In this document: positions 27,421-32,000 of the stretch, one piece after another | How the letters are laid out: every line of letters starts with the position of its first letter | Position numbering within the stretch: the first letter of the stretch is position 1 | From: Candidatus Mediterraneibacter norwichensis | GTDB taxonomy: Bacteria; Bacillota; Clostridia; Lachnospirales; Lachnospiraceae | DNA: 32,000 nucleotides | Direction: 5' to 3' | NCBI GenBank assembly: GCA_019112765.1 | Contig: DXIU01000112.1 | Location: 1-32,000 of the forward strand | Program-made: the position numbers and the translations under genes | Notes under the pieces: model-generated | Told to the model about the DNA's origin: nothing | The model's database searches: none | Seen by the model: the letters and a program-made list of their open reading frames with translations, nothing else

Positions 27421-27620
27421 TTCTTTTAGAGTTTAATCATATTTTTGACACATTTGGTTATTATACTTAGAGCCAGATAGTTGATAAACAACTATCTCCC
27501 CCCTCATAAAGTAATGGCATCCCGGGGGACCGGGATGTCGCACTTTACTCTCATTCCTTTAATAACTATAAAAACAACGGAAACCCGTCAGTCGAGAGGC
27601 TGACGGGTTTTCGCTGTCTC
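27421..27620 (+). ncRNA. Copy 1 of a tandemly duplicated ~200-nt element, a candidate structured RNA with its own terminator (class unknown)
   Basis: Copies 1 and 2 share colinear sequence at a 334-nt offset. Blocks at 27474-27512 (39 nt) and 27539-27560 (22 nt) are identical in both copies. Between them copy 1 has the hairpin catcccgg-ggga-ccgggatg. Hairpin P1 is gatagttg-ataa-caactatc (27476-27495). The terminator stem pairs 27574-27591 with 27600-27617. The strand call is tentative because the terminator looks bidirectional. Confidence 0.5.
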
Positions 27621-27625
27621 TTCCC

Positions 27626-27654
27626 TTGAAATAACAGATGCTCTGATGTATAAT
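27626..27654 (+). promoter_or_regulatory. Near-consensus sigma-A promoter, TTGAAA-N17-TATAAT
   Basis: TTGAAA lies at 27626-27631, the spacer is exactly 17 nt, and TATAAT lies at 27649-27654. The promoter points toward copy 2 of the repeat element. Confidence 0.6.
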
Positions 27655-27754
27655 TTATTAAGAATTTATTTATTAAGGAGTTAAATTTTAAAAAGTCAAT
27701 AGTGTGCCTGTTTTTCCTTATACTTTCTTTATCAATGCTTTATAATTTTCCTTT

Positions 27755-27950
27755 TTCTTTTATAGTTCACTCATATTTTTGTCACATTTTCCCTTTATAC
27801 TATGTATCAGATAGTTGATAAACAACTATCTCCCCCCTCATAAAGTTCAGACGCTGCAGGGCGTCGCACTTTACTCTCATTCCTTTTTAGATAACCAATA
27901 AAACAACGAAAGCCCGTCAGTGAAAGCTGGCGGGCTTTCGTTGTTTCTCT
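27755..27950 (+). ncRNA. Copy 2 of the tandemly duplicated candidate structured RNA element
   Basis: The identical blocks lie at 27808-27846 and 27865-27886. The central hairpin is replaced by an unrelated one, gacgc-tgcagg-gcgtc. The terminator stem aacaacgaaagcccg (27902-27916) pairs with cgggctttcgttgtt (27931-27945) and carries compensated differences relative to copy 1. Confidence 0.5.
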
Positions 27951-27982
27951 GCGTTCTTCTGTGATTCGTTTTTTATTTGTGA

Positions 27983-28011
27983 TTGTATTTCTTCGGGCAG
28001 ACATTTATAAT
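27983..28011 (+). promoter_or_regulatory. Candidate promoter of the methyltransferase gene, TTGTAT-N17-TATAAT
   Basis: TTGTAT lies at 27983-27988, the spacer is 17 nt, and TATAAT lies at 28006-28011. It sits just upstream of the GGAGGA SD sequence (28019-28024) and ATG 28033. Confidence 0.5.
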
Positions 28012-28032
28012 ACAGGCTGGAGGATTTTTGAC

Positions 28033-30918
28033 ATGAACAATTTTACGGTTTTAAACTATCAGGGCAGTAAAAATAATCTGCGGGATTTTATATATAAAAA
28101 TCTGAAACCATATATTCAGGAAGGAAAAGCCGTCTTTGATATCTTTTCCGGTTCCGCGTCTGTCAGCAGTATGTTCGGGCAGGAATACCTGGTATATGCC
28201 AATGACGCGGAGGCATACGCGTCTATTATCGCCGATGCTTTACTGAATCCGGCAGACATCCCCTCTCCTTCCGCTTTTCTGGAACAGATTGAAGCGGATT
28301 ATGCTGCCATAAAGCAGGCCCTTTGTATCCCTGTTCTTGATTTTATAAATCGGGAAAAGACTGCGCTGAAAGAAAACAATTACCGTGAGCTGAGCGCTGT
28401 TTATGATTCCTATCCTACCGTGTGGAATCAGAAATACTCAGATATTATTCAGAAAGAACTGACTGTTGAAAATATAAGGGCGGCAGATAACTACTATCTT
28501 TTCACCACGTATTACGCATCCAACTACTACGGGATCGGACAGGCACTGGAAATTGACTGTATCATCAAACTGATACACACACGCTTTCCTTCCTGCAGAA
28601 ACGCCCTTCTTATGTGCCTGTTTTATGCCATGAAGGAAACGGTTTTCTCCAAGGACGGACATATGGCGCAGCCCCTGAATCCGGAAAAAAATCAGCGCCG
28701 GCTGTTTCTGCAGCGCAGCAAATACGTATATGAGCTTTTTATAAGAAAGCTTCGGGAATATCTTGCCCTCCCGCTTCCGGAGTACTCCGGAAAGAACCGG
28801 GTCTTTAATAAAAATTTCGAAGAACTCCTGACCATGAATATTTTTTCAGATGTGGGACTTGTATATGCGGATCCGCCTTACACGGATATGCAGTATTCGA
28901 GATATTATCATCTTCTCAATGTTGCGGTCAGATATGAATATCCGGATCTGACCCGCTCCAGAAACGGATATACAAAGGGGCTGTATACCGAAGGCCGCTA
29001 TCAGTCAAAACTGAGCCAGCGCAGTTCTGCCGGAAAATCTCTGGAACGTTTAATCTCCTTCTGCGCCGGCGCCGGGGTCAATCTGGCGTTAAGCTACGCC
29101 TATCCCCAGGACAGAAAGAAACAGGCGACAGACCGCTATACCATTTCCATTGACGAATTAATCCGGCTGGCCCGGAAACATTTTTCACCGGAACGGGTTA
29201 CAGTAGCCGCCCAGTCATACAGCCATGCGAACCACCGCAACAGCACCCAGAAAAAGGTTGTGGAATATCTGATTCTCTGTGGAGATAAAACCGGAAAAGA
29301 GCTGAATTATGATACGCTGAAAAAGCAGATCGCCAATGTTGTCCCCAGCAAGAATAATGCCATGTATAATTCTCATATGTACTGGTCTCAGAAAGCCTAC
29401 AATATATGCGATATCCTGATTCAGACATTATCAGACAGGGGCGGGGTTGTGTTTGATCCTTTCTTAGGCTCAGGCGTTACAGCACTGGAAGCCATCCGTG
29501 ACGATACAGGTAGAAAAGCTGTGGGCTGTGATATTAACGACATGCCCGTCTTTATTTCCAGAACGCTGCTGTCTGTAAACAGCAGCGGAAATATCCGGGA
29601 AATTCTGGACGATTTTCTGGAAAAGCTGACGCCTTTGACAAGGTATTATCGGACAACCTGTCCGGTCTGTCACAAAACAGGAACCATATCCAAAGTTCTG
29701 TTTGATAAGCCGGACCGGCAGAAAAATGTATTTAAAATCAAGACAGTCTATTATTCCTGTCCGTGTACAAAAAAAGGCGTGAAGGAGCCGGACGAAGAAG
29801 ACCGCCGCCTTATGCAGACAGTCCCTGTCCTGGAAAATATAACGGATACCGCTTTACTGGCGAATTCAAAAATCGCGGTCAGTGAAAATGATGATATCAG
29901 AAACATTTTTACCGGAAGGAATCTGGCGGTACTTGATGAAATCCTGACAATCATCCGCGGGTACGAAGACCGTTATCAGAATATATTAAAATACATCCTG
30001 ATGTCCGTGCTTCACCTGTGCAAGATAACAGACAGACATTCCAATTCACAGTGGCCTCTGTGGATTCCGAAGACGGACTGTGTTGAAAAGAATATTATTG
30101 AAATCTTATCAAAAAAAGTTCATAAATTTAACGATGTAATTGCGTTTATGAAAGAGAACTATTCTCATGCCCGGATTGTCAGTTCCTACGATGAACTGCA
30201 GCCCGGCAGCTGTCTTCTGCTGCAGAAAGGCTGCCAGAACATTACCGGAGATGACATTCCCGACGGCGGAGCCGACCTGATCATTACGGATCCCCCGTAT
30301 CTTGAACAGGTCCTGTACTCGGAATATATGCAGTTATACAAACCTTTCCTGGGGTTCGGCTACAATCTGGCGGATGAAATCGTAGTCTCTTCCGCGCCTT
30401 CCAGAGACAAGAACAGGGAGGACTATTTCCGGCTGCTGGACCAGGCCTTTGACATGTGTTCACGAAAACTGAAGCTCCACCGGCATATGTGTCTGTATTT
30501 TCACGACTGCAGCCTGGACGTCTGGAACCGTCTCATCACCATTCTGGAAAGCAGGGGGTTCCGGTTTATCACACAGATTCATATCCGGAAAACTGTTACG
30601 CTGAAAAATATTATAAGCCCGAAAAAATCGCTCAACGGCGACTCCATACTTATTTTCTCAAAGGAGGACGCCCCTGTCGTTCATCACACGGAGACGGAAG
30701 ATATTGCTGAAATTGAGACAGCTATTATCCGGCAGAGCAGAGCTATGATCCGGGCAGACGGCCCCCAGTCCACCCCCGAGCTCTATGACAACGGGCTTAT
30801 GGAACTTCTGATTCAGAACGGCTGGCTGGCCGGACTTTCTCAGAAATACTCTTCCCTGGTCGATATTTTTGAAAAGCATCTGACCTGGGATTCTCAGACC
30901 GGAAAATGGATGATCTAG
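28033..30918 (+). CDS. Fused two-module DNA methyltransferase: N-terminal Dam-like (D12-class) N6-adenine module plus a permuted N4/N6 (DPPY) module containing a Cys4 zinc ribbon
   Basis: Module 1 has NYQGSK (28054-28071), FDIFSGSAS (28135-28161) and ADPPY (28870-28881), the same motif order as Dam (KWAGGK...EPFVGAGS...DPPY). Module 2 has SQK...VFDPFLGSGVT (29452-29475), CPVC...CPC (29659-29766) and IITDPPY (30289-30300), followed by a motif V-VIII-like segment. I moved the start to ATG 28033, which follows the SD sequence. Confidence 0.88.
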   Translation: MNNFTVLNYQGSKNNLRDFIYKNLKPYIQEGKAVFDIFSGSASVSSMFGQEYLVYANDAEAYASIIADALLNPADIPSPSAFLEQIEADYAAIKQALCIPVLDFINREKTALKENNYRELSAVYDSYPTVWNQKYSDIIQKELTVENIRAADNYYLFTTYYASNYYGIGQALEIDCIIKLIHTRFPSCRNALLMCLFYAMKETVFSKDGHMAQPLNPEKNQRRLFLQRSKYVYELFIRKLREYLALPLPEYSGKNRVFNKNFEELLTMNIFSDVGLVYADPPYTDMQYSRYYHLLNVAVRYEYPDLTRSRNGYTKGLYTEGRYQSKLSQRSSAGKSLERLISFCAGAGVNLALSYAYPQDRKKQATDRYTISIDELIRLARKHFSPERVTVAAQSYSHANHRNSTQKKVVEYLILCGDKTGKELNYDTLKKQIANVVPSKNNAMYNSHMYWSQKAYNICDILIQTLSDRGGVVFDPFLGSGVTALEAIRDDTGRKAVGCDINDMPVFISRTLLSVNSSGNIREILDDFLEKLTPLTRYYRTTCPVCHKTGTISKVLFDKPDRQKNVFKIKTVYYSCPCTKKGVKEPDEEDRRLMQTVPVLENITDTALLANSKIAVSENDDIRNIFTGRNLAVLDEILTIIRGYEDRYQNILKYILMSVLHLCKITDRHSNSQWPLWIPKTDCVEKNIIEILSKKVHKFNDVIAFMKENYSHARIVSSYDELQPGSCLLLQKGCQNITGDDIPDGGADLIITDPPYLEQVLYSEYMQLYKPFLGFGYNLADEIVVSSAPSRDKNREDYFRLLDQAFDMCSRKLKLHRHMCLYFHDCSLDVWNRLITILESRGFRFITQIHIRKTVTLKNIISPKKSLNGDSILIFSKEDAPVVHHTETEDIAEIETAIIRQSRAMIRADGPQSTPELYDNGLMELLIQNGWLAGLSQKYSSLVDIFEKHLTWDSQTGKWMI

Positions 30919-30923
30919 AGCAG

Positions 30924-30957
30924 GAAAAGGGGGTTCTCCGAAGAGAGCCCTCTTTTC
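30924..30957. terminator. Bidirectional terminator between the convergent methyltransferase and nuclease genes
   Basis: A 15-bp stem gaaaagggggttctc pairs with gagagccctcttttc, including two G-U pairs, around a cgaa loop. A/T runs flank both sides. The 3' arm overlaps the stop codon of the nuclease ORF. Confidence 0.65.
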
Positions 30958-31502
30958 TATGCATTCCGGCTGCCGTTATAATACTGCCCCGGAAAATACT
31001 TATCCAGCTTTTTCATCAGCTCTGTTCCGTCTGTTGTTCCCACTTCCAGGTCCCTGGCAACTTTTTCGCCGTCCTTTGTATAACCGGAGGTAGTGATACA
31101 GACGGCCGCGTCAAATCCTCTTCTTTCACGCTCCGCGTACAGCCGCTGAACAGGTTCTGAACCCACGTTGTGCACCCAGCGTTTGCACTGGAAAAGCTCA
31201 CGGCATATTCTGCCGTTTTCCTGCCTGGAGGCCATAATATCAACGCCCAGATCTCCGGCGCCTCCGATTCTCACCACATTTTCATATCCCTCTGCCTTCA
31301 GCAGCCGGACAATCAGCTCTTCAAATTCCGTTCCGGTCAGCGTGGAAATATCAACAGCGTCCTCATTCGGTTTTGCAGTGTCCTTCCTCTCCACATAATA
31401 TTTATCTTCTATTACGCAGTAGTTTAAAATCAGGCGCTCAATTTCACTCTGATGGCTTCCTCTTCCAGAATCTGAATGATTGTTTTCGGATTTCCGTCGC
31501 AC
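30957..31502 (-). CDS. Mrr_cat-type (PD-(D/E)xK) restriction endonuclease domain protein; start uncertain
   Basis: GTEFEELIVRLLKAEGYENV...GGAGDLGVDI...LFQCKRW...CITTSGYT matches the Mrr catalytic-domain pattern (D...D...QCK). The track start, GTG 31502, has no SD sequence and overlaps the upstream ORF by 73 nt. The only other candidate start is GTG 31394. Confidence 0.75.
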   Translation of the reverse strand: MRRKSENNHSDSGRGSHQSEIERLILNYCVIEDKYYVERKDTAKPNEDAVDISTLTGTEFEELIVRLLKAEGYENVVRIGGAGDLGVDIMASRQENGRICRELFQCKRWVHNVGSEPVQRLYAERERRGFDAAVCITTSGYTKDGEKVARDLEVGTTDGTELMKKLDKYFPGQYYNGSRNA

Positions 31503-32000
31503 AGGGCGTTTACCAGTTCAAAACAGATATCTTCCAGAACAAATTTCCCTTTCCTCTCCAGAATCCGGCGGATAAATACCGGCATCAGATCATAAATCTT
31601 CGTGTACAGGGCGTCCGAGTCTTCAATATCCAGATAGAGCCGGTTGTCACTGATCTGAATCACTCCTGCGTCCACACTGAAATATTCCAGAAGCAGACGT
31701 CTGATTTTTTCATTATCACTCTCTGAAGCAAGATACTGATATCTGATTCTCAGATCGTCACGCGCCAGCTTTACCGCTCCCGAAAGGGTTACGCAGTCTT
31801 TTGCGTCAAGCAGATGAAAGTATATTTTCCTGACCAGAAGGAACTCATAATTGTCATTTCCTATGTACCAGTATCTGTCCTTCTCATCCAGTTTATAAAA
31901 TGCCGCGATTATTTCATTCATAAATGTATTTGTAAAAGCGGCCTGCTTCCGTATCGTAGGGTCCGTTTTGACAAGATCCGTCTGGTATGCGTACTCAAAT
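31430..32000 (-). CDS. Protein of unknown function, 3' part only
   Basis: The frame stays open upstream of ATG 31921 all the way to position 32000, reading FEYAYQTDLVKTDPTIRKQAAFTNTF before MNEII. ATG 31921 has no SD sequence, so the gene probably starts beyond the window. I recognise no motifs. Confidence 0.6.
   Translation of the reverse strand, partial: FEYAYQTDLVKTDPTIRKQAAFTNTFMNEIIAAFYKLDEKDRYWYIGNDNYEFLLVRKIYFHLLDAKDCVTLSGAVKLARDDLRIRYQYLASESDNEKIRRLLLEYFSVDAGVIQISDNRLYLDIEDSDALYTKIYDLMPVFIRRILERKGKFVLEDICFELVNALCDGNPKTIIQILEEEAIRVKLSA

Noticed and set aside
27421-27950. Considered whether the two repeats form a CRISPR array, att sites or an invertible promoter switch
   Set aside because: There are only two units of about 200 nt at a 334-nt period, which rules out a CRISPR array. 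Both copies are complete and only ~130 nt of unrelated sequence lies between them, so they are not attL and attR of an island. They are direct repeats rather than inverted, so they do not form an inverton. I found no inverted repeats flanking the 27626 promoter.
27807-28004. A 65-aa minus-strand ORF across repeat copy 2
   Set aside because: The equivalent frames in copy 1 are interrupted or differ. The minus-strand mini-ORFs that start at the conserved ATGAGAGTAAAGTGCGAC stop after 16 codons in copy 1 and 26 in copy 2, with unrelated tails. The conservation is therefore not protein-coding.

Overview
The window looks like chromosome from a Clostridia or Lachnospiraceae-type anaerobe. That assignment is inferred from gene content only: a T-box leader, a CIRCE operator, a HydABC [FeFe]-hydrogenase and CASDH/CASDC polyamine genes. 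From 2.7 to 26.4 kb, twenty genes all lie on the minus strand. In coordinate order they are metG behind a T-box leader, a five-gene polyamine operon (transcribed speA, speE, speB, carboxy(nor)spermidine dehydrogenase, nspC), a CapA-family protein, an OmpR-type two-component system, a sugar cluster (transcribed AraC regulator, cupin-like protein, FucI-family isomerase, xylB), the trimeric hydrogenase hydCBA and a lipoprotein amidase. lon lies on the plus strand at the left edge behind a perfect CIRCE element. The accessory-looking part is the last ~4.6 kb (27.4-32 kb), which is visibly more AT-rich. It holds two diverged tandem copies of a ~200-nt element that looks like structured RNA, each ending in its own terminator. 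These are followed by a 961-aa fusion of two DNA methyltransferase modules, one Dam-like and one a permuted N4/N6 type with a Cys4 zinc ribbon. That gene converges on a small Mrr_cat (PD-(D/E)xK) nuclease ORF, which overlaps out of frame with an unknown ORF that stays open to the window edge. I read this as a candidate type IIS-like restriction-modification or defence module, possibly novel or decayed and cut off by the window, with an uncharacterised RNA element beside it. No tRNA, rRNA, CRISPR array or transposase was seen. All calls come from reading motifs by eye; no database search was run.
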